This document shows positions 26,958 through 36,696 of a stretch of DNA of 40,002 nt, piece after piece (positions within the stretch are counted from its first letter, which is position 1; every line of letters begins with the position of its first letter). The stretch spans positions 6,693-46,694 of the forward strand of contig DHFK01000008.1 of the NCBI GenBank assembly GCA_002400365.1, written 5' to 3'. Source of the stretch: Anaerolineales bacterium UBA4826. Lineage in GTDB: Bacteria; Chloroflexota; Anaerolineae; UBA4142. Position numbers and translations under genes: made by a program. The notes under the pieces were generated by a model. It saw only the letters and a program-made list of their open reading frames with translations, was not told the origin of the DNA and ran no database searches.

Positions 26958-29396
26958 CTACCGCGGCGGCGGAATCGGCGAGGTTCGCAGAGTCGCAAAG
27001 TCGTTGGCGGCATAGTACGGCGACGCGATCCCCGCCGCAAACGCCGCCTGCGCCGCTGACGACGTCTCGATCGCCCAATCCACGTCATAGTCGTTCACGT
27101 TGAACCAGATGAACGCTTTGATGTTTGGAAAGTTCTTGGGCAACTGCACCGTCAGCACATCCGTGATCCACGCCGCCTTGGACCCACCATACTCGCTGGA
27201 CGAAGTCTCGCCGATCATCATCGGCTTGGTCGGCGCGATCTTTAGAATGTGATCGTACGTCGGCTTGAAGATATCGTAGAACTTCCACCAGCCGTACGGA
27301 TGCGCCGGGTGTTCGCCCCAGTTGTAGCCGTCTATGCACGTCCAATCCACGTACGCGTCGCCCGGGTACAACTGCTCCAGCGGAATCGTCGTGCTCTTCT
27401 CCGTGTTCGGACACCACACCCACGACACATTCGTCGCGCCGACCTGGGTGAAGATGTCGTGGATGTGCCGCCACGCCTGAACGTATTGCCCCGGCTTGTT
27501 GCCATTCCGCAACTCGCTCCACGCTTCCCAGTCTCCGTTCATCTCCGCGTCAAACCGCAGGAAGAAGGGATAGCCCCAGTTCTTGGCGTCGGTCGCCCAT
27601 TGGCGGATGTACGCGTCGTGCGTTCCGTTGATGATCGTGCCCAACGCCAATGCCGGTTGGTCGTAGCGATGTCCGGTAAACGTATAGTCCTGCGAATCCC
27701 AATCGAACAGCGAGAGCATGCCGCGCTGGCGCACCGTCTCCATGAGCGTCGCATCGAAATTCTGATACGCGCCGTACTTTTGCCAACGCAAGCCCCATTC
27801 CAGAATGGACATTTTCTTCCCGGTGCGCGCTTCAAATTGGTCAATCGTCCCCGTATCCTTGGGCGGCGCGTGCGGCGACTCGACGGAATTGCCCAAGATA
27901 TACGCGCCCCAATAAATCGAGGCGCCCTGAGCCGGCGGCGATGCGACGGCGGTCGGCGTGGGCAGGGCGATCTTGGTCGGCGTCGGCGGCAGCGTGCCCG
28001 CGAGCGCCGCTCGCAACGCGACGAGTTGACCGATGTTGGAATTATATGGCGCGCCGGAAGTTCCGATCCGGTTTCCCGTTGTGCCGGCGGAGGGTAACGC
28101 CTGATCCGCCATCGCCGAAGTCGTGCCGGCTGTGCTGGCGGTCCACTGCCGCGCCATCCCAGAAGGCGGAGTCACAGTCGTTCCCGTGGTGATCGCGGCG
28201 AAAAAGACCAGTCGAGCACTCGGCGCGCTGGCAGTCACCGACGGCACGGTGATCGGCGCGGTCGAATCGTTGTATTGCGCGCTGCTTGCGTCTATTGGCG
28301 CGGCGTTGTCCACGCCAGCATAAGCCGCCATTCCACCTGCGGCTTGCTGCGAACTGTTAAAGGTCCAGGTAAAGCCAGCCGGTTCAGAATTCGAAACAAC
28401 CTTGGAGTAGAGTCCGACGGCAATCGAATTCGTGGTCGTATCGCGACGAATCAACGACCAACCCGGTGGCGCGGTCATCGCGGTATACGCGCCTCTGACC
28501 ACAAGGTGCGCGATCAAGACATCGCCGCTGGCAATTCCGGCGGGCGCGTTGATCGTCAGAGAACTTGCGCCGGACGCGTTGTTTGCGGTTGATACGCTGC
28601 GGAGCGTAATCCCCGTCGCCGGCTTTGCCGGCGCGGTCGGCGATGCGATCGGCGTTGGCGTCAGAGTCGCGGGCGCGGTCGTAGGCAAAACGGTTGTCGG
28701 CGTGCGTGTACTCGTGGGTGTGGCAGTTGCAGTAGGAAGCGTCACGCTGCCCGCGCGCCCACCCAGGTCAATCGTCCAATAATGGTGATAGATGGGATCC
28801 CGGCTGGCGTACGCATAGCCGACGCCGAGTTCCGTGGTGTCCGCGCTGAACAGAATCTTGGCGGCGTCCGGGTTGGCGGTCAGCGCGGCGACCACCTGCG
28901 CGGGCTTGACGTATCCCGCGCTGATCAACTCTGAGAGCGTCTGGGATTGCGCGTAACCGGCGGCGCTAGCGCGCTGCGGCGGCGTCGCGCCGCGGCCGTC
29001 CACGCTCGCGAACTTGAACGTCTGCGCCATGTCTTGAGAATGTCCGCGCGCCGCGCGCGCCAGCGCGGGGTTTGTGCGGAGCGCCGGCAAGCCCTTGGCG
29101 GCGCGCGCTTGATTGACCGCCGAGAACAGTTGCCGCTCGAGCGCATTGGCATCGGGATTGGTCGAACCCTGGGTCGGCGAGTCATTCGCCAAGGATTGGA
29201 GCAGCGTCCCCTGTTGACCATCGCTGAAGAACCAACCGATGGCGTACTGCTGGGTCACCGGGGCTGCCTGGATGACGCCGGTAAAGACGACTGCCCACAG
29301 CGCGCCCCCTAGCAAAACGATGAATATGCTATACGCGTGGTGCAGCGGTCGCCGCGCGCGCGATACTTGTGTTGGCGATTGTTGCTGAACGGACAC
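26958..29396 (-). CDS. Secreted/anchored CAP(SCP)-domain + beta-sandwich + GH26 glycoside hydrolase (~812 aa)
   Basis: GTG 29396 after GAGAGG; N-terminal TM; CAP (VNQARAAKGL, ARAARGHSQDMA, ELGVG, YWTIDL); Thr/Pro linkers; GH26 (FFLRFDAEMNGDW, WVWCPN, YPGDAYVDW..IDGYN, KPMMIGET). Confidence 0.85.
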   Translation of the reverse strand: MSVQQQSPTQVSRARRPLHHAYSIFIVLLGGALWAVVFTGVIQAAPVTQQYAIGWFFSDGQQGTLLQSLANDSPTQGSTNPDANALERQLFSAVNQARAAKGLPALRTNPALARAARGHSQDMAQTFKFASVDGRGATPPQRASAAGYAQSQTLSELISAGYVKPAQVVAALTANPDAAKILFSADTTELGVGYAYASRDPIYHHYWTIDLGGRAGSVTLPTATATPTSTRTPTTVLPTTAPATLTPTPIASPTAPAKPATGITLRSVSTANNASGASSLTINAPAGIASGDVLIAHLVVRGAYTAMTAPPGWSLIRRDTTTNSIAVGLYSKVVSNSEPAGFTWTFNSSQQAAGGMAAYAGVDNAAPIDASSAQYNDSTAPITVPSVTASAPSARLVFFAAITTGTTVTPPSGMARQWTASTAGTTSAMADQALPSAGTTGNRIGTSGAPYNSNIGQLVALRAALAGTLPPTPTKIALPTPTAVASPPAQGASIYWGAYILGNSVESPHAPPKDTGTIDQFEARTGKKMSILEWGLRWQKYGAYQNFDATLMETVRQRGMLSLFDWDSQDYTFTGHRYDQPALALGTIINGTHDAYIRQWATDAKNWGYPFFLRFDAEMNGDWEAWSELRNGNKPGQYVQAWRHIHDIFTQVGATNVSWVWCPNTEKSTTIPLEQLYPGDAYVDWTCIDGYNWGEHPAHPYGWWKFYDIFKPTYDHILKIAPTKPMMIGETSSSEYGGSKAAWITDVLTVQLPKNFPNIKAFIWFNVNDYDVDWAIETSSAAQAAFAAGIASPYYAANDFATLRTSPIPPPR

Positions 29397-29455
29397 TTTC
29401 GACCTCTCTCCCGGATAGCGCAAGTTGACTGCCGAATGGCATTTCGGTTGAGAGT

Positions 29456-29484
29456 AGCATACGCCATAACGCGCAAGATGTCCA
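29456..29484 (-). promoter_or_regulatory. Putative sigma-70 promoter of the CAP-GH26 gene
   Basis: Minus strand TGGACA-N17-TATGCT. Confidence 0.45.
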
Positions 29485-29510
29485 TAGTACTTCTTTGTCA
29501 GTCGAAACAA

Positions 29511-29553
29511 AGAGGCGTCCCGGGCGAAAAGCGGTCTCGTCCAGGACGCCTCT
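29511..29553 (-). terminator. Intrinsic terminator after the first GH26 gene
   Basis: Minus strand AGAGGCGTCCTGGACGA...TCGCCCGGGACGCCTCT followed by TTGTTT. Confidence 0.7.
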
Positions 29554-29571
29554 GTTGCGATGCTTGTGCGC

Positions 29572-30774
29572 CTACCGCAGCGGCGGAATCGGCCAAGTAT
29601 CCAGGTTGGCAAAATCGTTCGTGGCATAGTACGGCAGCGCGATTCCTGCCGCAAACGCCGCCTGCGCCGATGACGATGTTTCGATCGCCCAATCCACGTT
29701 ATAGTCAATCACGTTGAACCAGATAAACGCCTTGAGGTTTGGAAAGTTCTGTGGCAACTGGACCGTCAGCACATCCGTGATCCACGCTGCCTTGGAACCG
29801 CCGTTCTCGGTGGACGCCACCTCGCCGATCATCATCGGCTTGCTCGGCGCGATCTGCAGAATGTGGTCGTACGTCGGCTTGAAGATGTCGTAGAAATTCC
29901 ACCAACCCGGCGGCGGGCCTCCCCAATTGTAGCCGTCCATGCACGTCCAATCCACGTACGCGTCGCCCGGGTACAACTGCTCCAGCGGAATCGTCGTGCT
30001 TTTCTCCGTATTCGGACACCATACCCAGGTCACGTTCGTCGCGCCGACCTGAGCGAAAATGTCGTGGACGTGCCGCCACGCTTGAACGTACTGCCCCGCG
30101 CTATTCCCATTCCGTAGTTCGCTCCAGGGTTCCCAATCCCCGTTCATTTCGGCGTTGAATCGCAAGAAGAAAGGCCGCCCCCAGTTCTTGGCGTCGGTCG
30201 CCCATTTCCGGATGTACGCGTCGTGTGTTCCATTGATGATTTTGCTCAACGCGAAAATCGGCTGATCATACTTGGGGCTAACGCCATAGTCCGACGAATC
30301 CCAATCCATCAGCGTGATCTCGCCGCGCTGCCTCACCTTTTCCATGAGGGCGGCGTCGAAATTGAAATACTCGCCGTATGCTTGCCAGCGCTGGCCCCAT
30401 TGCAGGATAGATATCTTCTTTTGCGCGTGAGATTCAAAAGTATCAATCGGCTGCGTGTCCCACGGCGGCGCATGTGGCGTCTCGTGGATGTTTCCCAAGA
30501 TAAACGCGCCCCAATACACCGAGGGGGTTTGGTTGCTAACCCACGGAAAGAAAAGCGTGAACGCGGGATTAGCAAGCGAACGAGCCGCGCGCGGGGCAAG
30601 CGGCGTGCCGCTCGCGCTTGCAAAGGTGCCCGCGCGAATCGGAAGCGAGAGGGTCGTCGAATTCGTTGGAGAGGCAAGTATCTCGCCGGAGGGGCTAGAA
30701 CTAATTGAGAGGCAACCCAATACCAAAGCCAGCGTGCCTCTTACGGCAACATGCAATCTCGATTCCAAACGCAC
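29572..30774 (-). CDS. Secreted GH26 glycoside hydrolase (paralog of the neighbouring GH26 domain)
   Basis: Signal-like N-terminus; FFLRFNAEMNGDW; YPGDAYVDWTCMDGYN; KPMMIGEV. Confidence 0.87.
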   Translation of the reverse strand: MRLESRLHVAVRGTLALVLGCLSISSSPSGEILASPTNSTTLSLPIRAGTFASASGTPLAPRAARSLANPAFTLFFPWVSNQTPSVYWGAFILGNIHETPHAPPWDTQPIDTFESHAQKKISILQWGQRWQAYGEYFNFDAALMEKVRQRGEITLMDWDSSDYGVSPKYDQPIFALSKIINGTHDAYIRKWATDAKNWGRPFFLRFNAEMNGDWEPWSELRNGNSAGQYVQAWRHVHDIFAQVGATNVTWVWCPNTEKSTTIPLEQLYPGDAYVDWTCMDGYNWGGPPPGWWNFYDIFKPTYDHILQIAPSKPMMIGEVASTENGGSKAAWITDVLTVQLPQNFPNLKAFIWFNVIDYNVDWAIETSSSAQAAFAAGIALPYYATNDFANLDTWPIPPLR

Positions 30775-30775
30775 T

Positions 30776-33700
30776 TTAGCACTCGCTATGCCCGCACGAA
30801 TAGCACTTGCGGCAGCCCTCTTCGTTCACAAACGACGCCTGACCGCACTCGGGGCAAAGGTCGCCCACCTGGAACAACTGCAACTGCTTCGCGTCCGGGG
30901 CTTGATCGGGCAACGTATGCGGCTGACCCAGATCTTCCGCCAACGCTTGCGCGATGCCGTCCGGCAGCGAACGGACGCGCTGCAAGCCAAAGCCCATCGG
31001 GCGCCCGCCGCCGATGCCGCTCAACTGGTTGACGATTTCCTGCATGCGCTCCGTTGGCGTCATGGGCGATGGCAGACGCAGCGCGAGCGAAATCAATCGC
31101 CCGATCGCTTCGCTGACCGCCGCGGTATCCGACCCGGCTTTGCCGACGTTGCAGAATACTTCAAACGGCTGATCCTCGCCGTTCCGATTGACCGTGACGT
31201 ACGCTTTGCCCAACGGCGTCGCGATTTCATGGGTCTGACCATGCACCACGCGCGGACGCGGTTTCTTGGTCGGCTCGACCGCGCCGCGCGCCGATTTGCG
31301 CGTCGCGCTCGCCGTCTCGCGCGTCTCCAAAACCACATCCTCCCGCGAGCCGGCGACGTAAACCGTAATACCCTTGCAGCCCAACTTCCACGCGAGAAAG
31401 TACGCCTGCGCCACATCGTCCAGCGTGGCAGTCGCCGGAAAGTTGATCGTCTTCGAAAGCGAGTTATCTACAAATGCCTGCATCGCGGCTTGCATCCGCA
31501 CATGCTGCGGCGGCGTGATGTCGCTGGCGACGACGAATACGTCGCGCAGTTTCTCCGGCACTAGTTCAACATCCTGGCACGTGCCAGTGATACGGATGCG
31601 CTCGAACATCTTGGCGCGCGTCGCGGCGTCCACTTGGGCGTCTATCAACGCGCACTCGAACAACGGGCTGACGTAATCGAGTTGCAGGTCCTTGCCATTG
31701 TCGTTGACGTGGCGAGTGTACGCCAGCGCAAAGACCGGTTCGCAGCCGTACGATTCCACGCCCGCGACGGTGGCGATGGTCCCGGTCGGCGCGATCGTCG
31801 TCTGCGCGGCGTTGCGAATGCCGTGCTTTTTGATGCCGGCGACGATTGCGTTCCAGTCGAGCGCGGGGCGTCCCCAGTCACACGCGAACGGTTCGATGGG
31901 CTGGGGTGGGGTCCATTTCAGATTCGCCGGGTCGTAGATTGACCCTTTGATCGCCGGGAACGCGCCGCGCGTCCGCGCGAGTTCGATGCTCGTCTCCATC
32001 GCGTAGAAACGCACAAACTCCATCACCTGCCCGGCGAAATCTTCGCCCGCGCGCGAGCCGTAGCGCACGCCCAGGCGATACATCGCATCGCCCAAACCCA
32101 TGATGCCCAAACCGATGCGGCGCGCGCGGTGCGCGGCTTGCGCGAGTTCTGGCACCGCCGGCACGTACTTGTTCGCGTCCACCACGCCGTCGAGAAAACG
32201 CGTCGCGAGTTCAACCGACGCGCGCAATTGCGCCCAATCCATTTTGTTGTCGGGCATGATGTGCTGAGCCAGATTGATCGAGCCGAGGCAGCAGTTTTCG
32301 TATGGCCCGAGCCATTGCTCACCGCATGGATTTGTTGCCTCGAGTTCGTACAGATGCGGCACGGGGTTCTGCCGATTCGCCGCGTCGAGGAAGAGAACGC
32401 CGGGTTCGCCGTTGTGGTGCGCGTGCTTGACGATCTCGTCGAACAGTTCGCGCGCGCGGAGGGTGCGCCACACCTTGCCATCGCGCGGATTGATGAGGTC
32501 GAAATCCGCGTCGTTCTCGACGGCGCGCATGAACGCGTCCGTGACGCCGACGGAGATGTTGAAATTGCTGATGTGTCCTTCAACCGTCTTGCAGCGAATG
32601 AATTCGAGAATGTCCGGGTGATCCACGCGCAGGACCGCCATGTTGGCTCCACGCCTTGTACCGCCTTGGGCCACCTCCCCGAACGCGGTATCATAGACGC
32701 GCAGGAAGCCAACGGGGCCCGTCGCAACACCGGCGCTGGTCTGCACGCGATCGCCGCGCGGGCGCAGGCGCGAGAACGAAAAGCCGTTGCCGCCGCCGGT
32801 CTGCTGAATCAGCGCCGCCGCGCGCAGCGTCGAAAAGATGCCGCGCGCGTCGCGGCCCATGTCGTCGGCGATCGGCAGGACGAAACAATTATGAACGACC
32901 ACTCCTTCGGTAACGTAGGAATGATCCTCGTCCACTTCGCAGTTGTACACGGTGCCACTGTAATCTTGTGCTTCGACGTTTTGTACTTCAAAGTAGACGG
33001 AATCGCCCTGTCGGAAGACAGAATTACGCACATAGCGGGTATCCGGTTCAGGCAGATCAATTCCGAAGGCTTGGCGCACCAGCGCGCGAGATTGCAGAGG
33101 CGGCATGCTGATTTGCGCTGTCTCGCGAGCATTCTCCGTGACATAGCTGGTATCCACCGGACGGATAGCCGCGTCATAGCCTAATCGCAGACAGATTTGC
33201 CATATTTGTTGCACCAGTCCAGGATTGCTCAGACTTAGCCGCAGCGCCCGGAAAATCTTGGGAGATTTGCGGTCGGTGATAGGATAGATTTTTTCGTTGT
33301 ACATCCCATCCCCGCGCATTATGCCCACCAGGAATGACTCGTGAACTTTCGGTTCAGCATATTGCAGCCAAACCGGAACACGCTTGCCGTATGAATGATG
33401 TCCAAAGTGACTACGGAACCAAGCCGCCAGCACGCGGCTGTAAACGTTCAGAGTCGTCCAATGCCCGTAGCTGGATTGGACAGCGCGGGACGAGACACCA
33501 AAGATCCCCTCGACCAATCGCGCGACATCGTTCTGGTACTCGATCTCATCTCGGCTAAACGTGAAGCGAACGTAACGATCCTCTGGATCGACCGTCCCTT
33601 CTGAGATATAGTATCCGCATAACCGCGCTAACTCTGGAGTGAATTCGACAAAGCGATGCGCCCATTCAGCCTGCCGTCCCGAGTTTTGATACGAACTTGG

Positions 33701-34402
33701 ACGGCGCACCCGAATTTCTGTTCCGGCGACTTGGACCTCCAGTTCGTCTGCATAGACTGAATCAGCCAAATCGAACCGAGGCGCAAGGTGCTGACCTTGC
33801 GGAATCCCTATTGCGACACGGTCTCCCACTTTTAATTCCCCGGCTGGCACCCATCCCAATGGCGTGAGAATTGGATGCTCCGGTGTTACTTCGAGCGTCG
33901 TGCCTATCAACTTGACTCGAATTCGCAAAAGCTCACCCTGGTAGGCGCGCTGAGATAATCGCGTAACTGGACGATAGCGACCGAGATGTGTCAAGACGCG
34001 GTCGCCAGTTTGCAGGTCGGCAATGCGCTGGATGCCCTGTTCGGTCGTGACGCGCATCGCCGCCGTGAAACACGCCGCCAGTTGACCCAGCGGCGTGCCG
34101 GCGCCCGTAAACGTCGGCGAGTTGGGGAAAAAGCGCAGGGTCGTCAGCAAGTCGTAGAAGAGTTCGCGCGTCGCCGCGGGATCGCCGCCATAGCGCGCTT
34201 CTGGCTCCGCGACCGTGCGCGCGACGCGGTCGAACATTTCTGCCGGCGTTTCGCTTGGTTTGCCGTCCAAGCCGCGGCGCAGATATCGTTTCTCTAAAAC
34301 AACACGCGCATTCGGAGCAAGTTCTATCGGGTGACGCGCCCGCGCGCCAGCGCCGGGCAGTGCCATCGTCATACGCGCTATTGCGTCAACGCGCTGATCC
34401 AT
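30776..34402 (-). CDS. nrdJ: Class II (adenosylcobalamin-dependent) ribonucleotide reductase with TSCPD/Zn-ribbon tail, intein-containing
   Basis: ATG 34402 after AAGGAGG; FFPNSPT; QLAA|CFVL; GGTRRGANM; ATNPCGEQ; TIAPTGT; SLSKTINF; KGITVY; C-terminal [14 protein letters not shown]; no beta-subunit gene nearby. Confidence 0.95.
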   Translation of the reverse strand: MDQRVDAIARMTMALPGAGARARHPIELAPNARVVLEKRYLRRGLDGKPSETPAEMFDRVARTVAEPEARYGGDPAATRELFYDLLTTLRFFPNSPTFTGAGTPLGQLAACFTAAMRVTTEQGIQRIADLQTGDRVLTHLGRYRPVTRLSQRAYQGELLRIRVKLIGTTLEVTPEHPILTPLGWVPAGELKVGDRVAIGIPQGQHLAPRFDLADSVYADELEVQVAGTEIRVRRPSSYQNSGRQAEWAHRFVEFTPELARLCGYYISEGTVDPEDRYVRFTFSRDEIEYQNDVARLVEGIFGVSSRAVQSSYGHWTTLNVYSRVLAAWFRSHFGHHSYGKRVPVWLQYAEPKVHESFLVGIMRGDGMYNEKIYPITDRKSPKIFRALRLSLSNPGLVQQIWQICLRLGYDAAIRPVDTSYVTENARETAQISMPPLQSRALVRQAFGIDLPEPDTRYVRNSVFRQGDSVYFEVQNVEAQDYSGTVYNCEVDEDHSYVTEGVVVHNCFVLPIADDMGRDARGIFSTLRAAALIQQTGGGNGFSFSRLRPRGDRVQTSAGVATGPVGFLRVYDTAFGEVAQGGTRRGANMAVLRVDHPDILEFIRCKTVEGHISNFNISVGVTDAFMRAVENDADFDLINPRDGKVWRTLRARELFDEIVKHAHHNGEPGVLFLDAANRQNPVPHLYELEATNPCGEQWLGPYENCCLGSINLAQHIMPDNKMDWAQLRASVELATRFLDGVVDANKYVPAVPELAQAAHRARRIGLGIMGLGDAMYRLGVRYGSRAGEDFAGQVMEFVRFYAMETSIELARTRGAFPAIKGSIYDPANLKWTPPQPIEPFACDWGRPALDWNAIVAGIKKHGIRNAAQTTIAPTGTIATVAGVESYGCEPVFALAYTRHVNDNGKDLQLDYVSPLFECALIDAQVDAATRAKMFERIRITGTCQDVELVPEKLRDVFVVASDITPPQHVRMQAAMQAFVDNSLSKTINFPATATLDDVAQAYFLAWKLGCKGITVYVAGSREDVVLETRETASATRKSARGAVEPTKKPRPRVVHGQTHEIATPLGKAYVTVNRNGEDQPFEVFCNVGKAGSDTAAVSEAIGRLISLALRLPSPMTPTERMQEIVNQLSGIGGGRPMGFGLQRVRSLPDGIAQALAEDLGQPHTLPDQAPDAKQLQLFQVGDLCPECGQASFVNEEGCRKCYSCGHSEC
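32888..34072 (-). mobile_element. Intein with LAGLIDADG homing endonuclease (395 aa) in nrdJ
   Basis: Begins [10 protein letters not shown]; block B VTPEHPIL; LAGLIDADG blocks LCGYYISEG and [10 protein letters not shown]; ends [21 protein letters not shown], followed by extein Cys; visibly lower GC than the host gene. Confidence 0.95.
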
Positions 34403-34453
34403 GAAATACGCCTCCTTGGAATTGCCGGGTGTGAGCCATGACGCCAGAGAGAG

Positions 34454-34504
34454 AAAAAACACGAGGACAGGCAAGCCGCTGGGGTGCGGCGCATGCCTGC
34501 CCTC
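34454..34504 (-). terminator. Terminator-like hairpin between nrdR and nrdJ
   Basis: Minus strand GAGGGCAGGCA-tgc-GCCGC-acccca-GCGGC-t-TGCCTGTCCTC, then GTGTTTTTT. Confidence 0.55.
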
Positions 34505-34597
34505 AGAGGTCCACGATCAAGAAACTAGCACGAATTCGGTGCGAGGATAACTCGGACGTTGAACCAGGTGGGAGATTGCATCAAAATCATATCGCCT

Positions 34598-35089
34598 TCA
34601 AAGCGCCATCTTGACTTGCAGACGTTCTTCCGCTTCACGCTGCTTTCTTTCTTTGAGTCGTTGAATCTCGCTCGCCAACGAATCCAGGTCGGCAAAGCGG
34701 CGGTACACCGAAGCGAAGCGCACGTACGCCACATCGTCGAGCACGCGCAGGCGTTCCATCACCATCTGCCCGATCTTTTGCGAATCCACTTCCGACTTGC
34801 CCAACGCGTGCAATTCCATTTCGATGTCGTCCACGATGCCTTCGATGGCTTGCATGGACACGGGACGTTTGGCGCACGCCTTGACGATGCCGCCCAACAA
34901 CTTTTGGCGATCCAACGCTTCACGGCGACCATCTTGCTTGATCACCATCAACCCGGTTTGAGCAATGCGTTCGTAGGTGGTGTAGCGTTTGCCGCACTTG
35001 CCGCACTGCCGGCGACGGCGGATACTTTCGGCGGACTCGCGGGTGTCAATGACCTTGTTCTCTTCGTGAGCGCAATACGGGCACTGCAT
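34598..35089 (-). CDS. nrdR: Transcriptional repressor NrdR
   Basis: MQCPYC...IRRRRQCGKCGKRYTTYE; ATP-cone (VIKQDGRREA); VAYVRFASVY; RBS GGAGGA. Confidence 0.97.
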   Translation of the reverse strand: MQCPYCAHEENKVIDTRESAESIRRRRQCGKCGKRYTTYERIAQTGLMVIKQDGRREALDRQKLLGGIVKACAKRPVSMQAIEGIVDDIEMELHALGKSEVDSQKIGQMVMERLRVLDDVAYVRFASVYRRFADLDSLASEIQRLKERKQREAEERLQVKMAL

Positions 35090-35171
35090 CGGTGTCCTCC
35101 GTGGTTTCCAAGAGTGAGGCGCAAACAGGGTTTGGGAATATATTGCCGCATCAAGACGCAACCTCCCAAAC

Positions 35172-35187
35172 CCCGTATATTTTGTGG
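35172..35187 (-). promoter_or_regulatory. NrdR box in the nrdR leader
   Basis: Minus strand CCACAAAATATACGGG resembles the acaCwAtATaTwGtg consensus and lies downstream of the promoter; a weaker site is at 35133-35148. Confidence 0.55.
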
Positions 35188-35223
35188 TCAGTTCACGCGG
35201 AACTAAACTGCGCGTGCGCGCAC

Positions 35224-35252
35224 AGTGTAGCATAACTCTTGGACAAACGCAA
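35224..35252 (-). promoter_or_regulatory. Sigma-70 promoter of nrdR-nrdJ
   Basis: Minus strand TTGCGT-N17-TACACT with TGn extension. Confidence 0.6.
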
Positions 35253-35310
35253 GAGGTTCACCTTAAAAAACAATCCAAGTTGCGAAATCTTAATGTGGGC
35301 GGTCAACCAC

Positions 35311-35378
35311 CAGTCAGCAGTGTTCAGTATCCAGTTAATCAGTCACCGCTGAATGCTGAACACCGAACACTGAACACT
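35311..35378. repeat. Inverted heptamer arrays (CAGTGTT/CTGAACA family) after ftsZ
   Basis: CAGTCAG CAGTGTT CAGTATC CAGTTAA ... CTGAATG CTGAACA CCGAACA CTGAACA. Confidence 0.8.
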
Positions 35379-35382
35379 AGAC

Positions 35383-36486
35383 TCAGCCCCGCTTGCGCAA
35401 GAACGCCGGAATATCCAACTCTTCGCGATCAATCTGCCGCGCTTGAATTGGAAAATCAATCATCTTGCGTCCCGGCGCCGTGACGACGTTCCCGACCGCG
35501 TGGCCCGCGCCAGTCTGTCGCCGGGCTGCCTGATTAAAACCCGTCGCAATTACCGTGACCTGAAATTCGTCTTTCATCGCCGAATTGATCACCGCGCCGA
35601 AAATCAGATTGACATCTGGATCAGCCACGCGGCGGACGACTTCTGCCGCTTGATAGACATCGTTCAGGGTGAGGTCATCGCCGCCGGTCACGTTGAACAG
35701 CACGCCGCGCGCGCCGTCAATCGTCACGTCGAGCAACGGACTGCGGATCGCCTCTTCCGCCGCCGCGACCGCGCGATTCTCGCCGGACGCGCGACCGATG
35801 GACATCAACGCCGCGCCGCCGGAACCCATGATCGTTTTCACATCCGCGAAATCCAGGTTGATGAGACCCGGCACGGTGATCAACTCGCTGATGCCTTGAA
35901 TCCCCTGACGCAACACATCGTCGGCGGTGCGAAACGCGGTCTGCAACGCCGCTTTCTTGTCCACGATCTCCAGCAAGCGATCGTTGGGAATGACGATCAA
36001 CGTGTCCACGTGCTCTTTCAGCCGATTCAAGCCATCTTCGGCGACCGTGCGGCGCTTGGTGCCTTCAAAGGAGAAGGGCTTGGTCACGACGCCGATCGCG
36101 AGCGCGCCGGCTTCGCGCGCGATCCGCGCGATTACCGGCGCGGCGCCGGTGCCCGTCCCGCCGCCCATGCCGGCGGTAACGAACACCATGTCCGAGCCGA
36201 CCAGCGCGTCGTACAATTCCTCGGACGATTCTTCCGCGGCTTTTTCGCCGATCGTCGGATCGCCGCCGGCGCCTAGTCCGCGGGTCAGTTTTTCGCCGAT
36301 GCGAATTCTGTGCGCGGCGTTGGAATGAACCAGGGCTTGGCCATCGGTATTGATGGCGATGAAATTGACGCCGCGCAGACCTTGGTCAATCATTCGATTG
36401 ACCGCGTTGGTGCCGCCCCCTCCAACCCCGATAACTTTGATTTCGGCGAAATTTTCGGAACCCTTGTCTTTTTCCAGATGAATCAT
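35383..36486 (-). CDS. ftsZ: Cell division protein FtsZ
   Basis: ATG 36486 after GGGAGG; [10 protein letters not shown]; GMGGGTGTG; INLDFADV; C-terminal LDIPAFLRK. Confidence 0.98.
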   Translation of the reverse strand: MIHLEKDKGSENFAEIKVIGVGGGGTNAVNRMIDQGLRGVNFIAINTDGQALVHSNAAHRIRIGEKLTRGLGAGGDPTIGEKAAEESSEELYDALVGSDMVFVTAGMGGGTGTGAAPVIARIAREAGALAIGVVTKPFSFEGTKRRTVAEDGLNRLKEHVDTLIVIPNDRLLEIVDKKAALQTAFRTADDVLRQGIQGISELITVPGLINLDFADVKTIMGSGGAALMSIGRASGENRAVAAAEEAIRSPLLDVTIDGARGVLFNVTGGDDLTLNDVYQAAEVVRRVADPDVNLIFGAVINSAMKDEFQVTVIATGFNQAARRQTGAGHAVGNVVTAPGRKMIDFPIQARQIDREELDIPAFLRKRG

Positions 36487-36590
36487 ATCCGCCTCCCGGC
36501 GCGACGAATCAGGGCTCGAATTGACGTTCTTGGTTGCAAGTGCCTGCTGTTTTACGTCTACTACAACGTCCTTGCTGCCTTTCATGGTTA

Positions 36591-36638
36591 CCCCCATATC
36601 TAGTGGTGATTGGGGCACCTCTCTACAACATCTTGGGA
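36591..36638. promoter_or_regulatory. Tandem NrdR boxes upstream of ftsZ
   Basis: CCCCCATATCTAGTGG (36591-36606) and CTACAACATCTTGGGA (36623-36638), 32 bp apart. Confidence 0.65.
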
Positions 36639-36648
36639 GGGTGCACCT

Positions 36649-36677
36649 ATTTTACAGTACGCTCGTCCTTCTGTCAA
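36649..36677 (-). promoter_or_regulatory. Near-consensus sigma-70 promoter for ftsZ
   Basis: Minus strand TTGACA (36677-36672)-N17-TAAAAT (36654-36649). Confidence 0.8.
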
Positions 36678-36696
36678 GCCCCAATTTACGCCTCCT

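Noticed and set aside
29397-29708. N-terminal extension of the CAP-GH26 ORF (and small ORFs 26822-27088 and 26844-27059)
   Set aside because: These are off-frame readings of the GH26 3' ends, terminator and promoter.
34403-34597. Cobalamin riboswitch upstream of nrdJ
   Set aside because: No B12-box or GGGAA core is visible; such switches usually precede B12-independent RNRs.
36561-36576. Third NrdR box (CTACAACGTCCTTGCT)
   Set aside because: Only the left half matches and the spacing is 30 bp.
36487-36618. 44-aa N-terminal extension of FtsZ
   Set aside because: A good RBS precedes ATG 36486; the extension covers the leader and operator sites.
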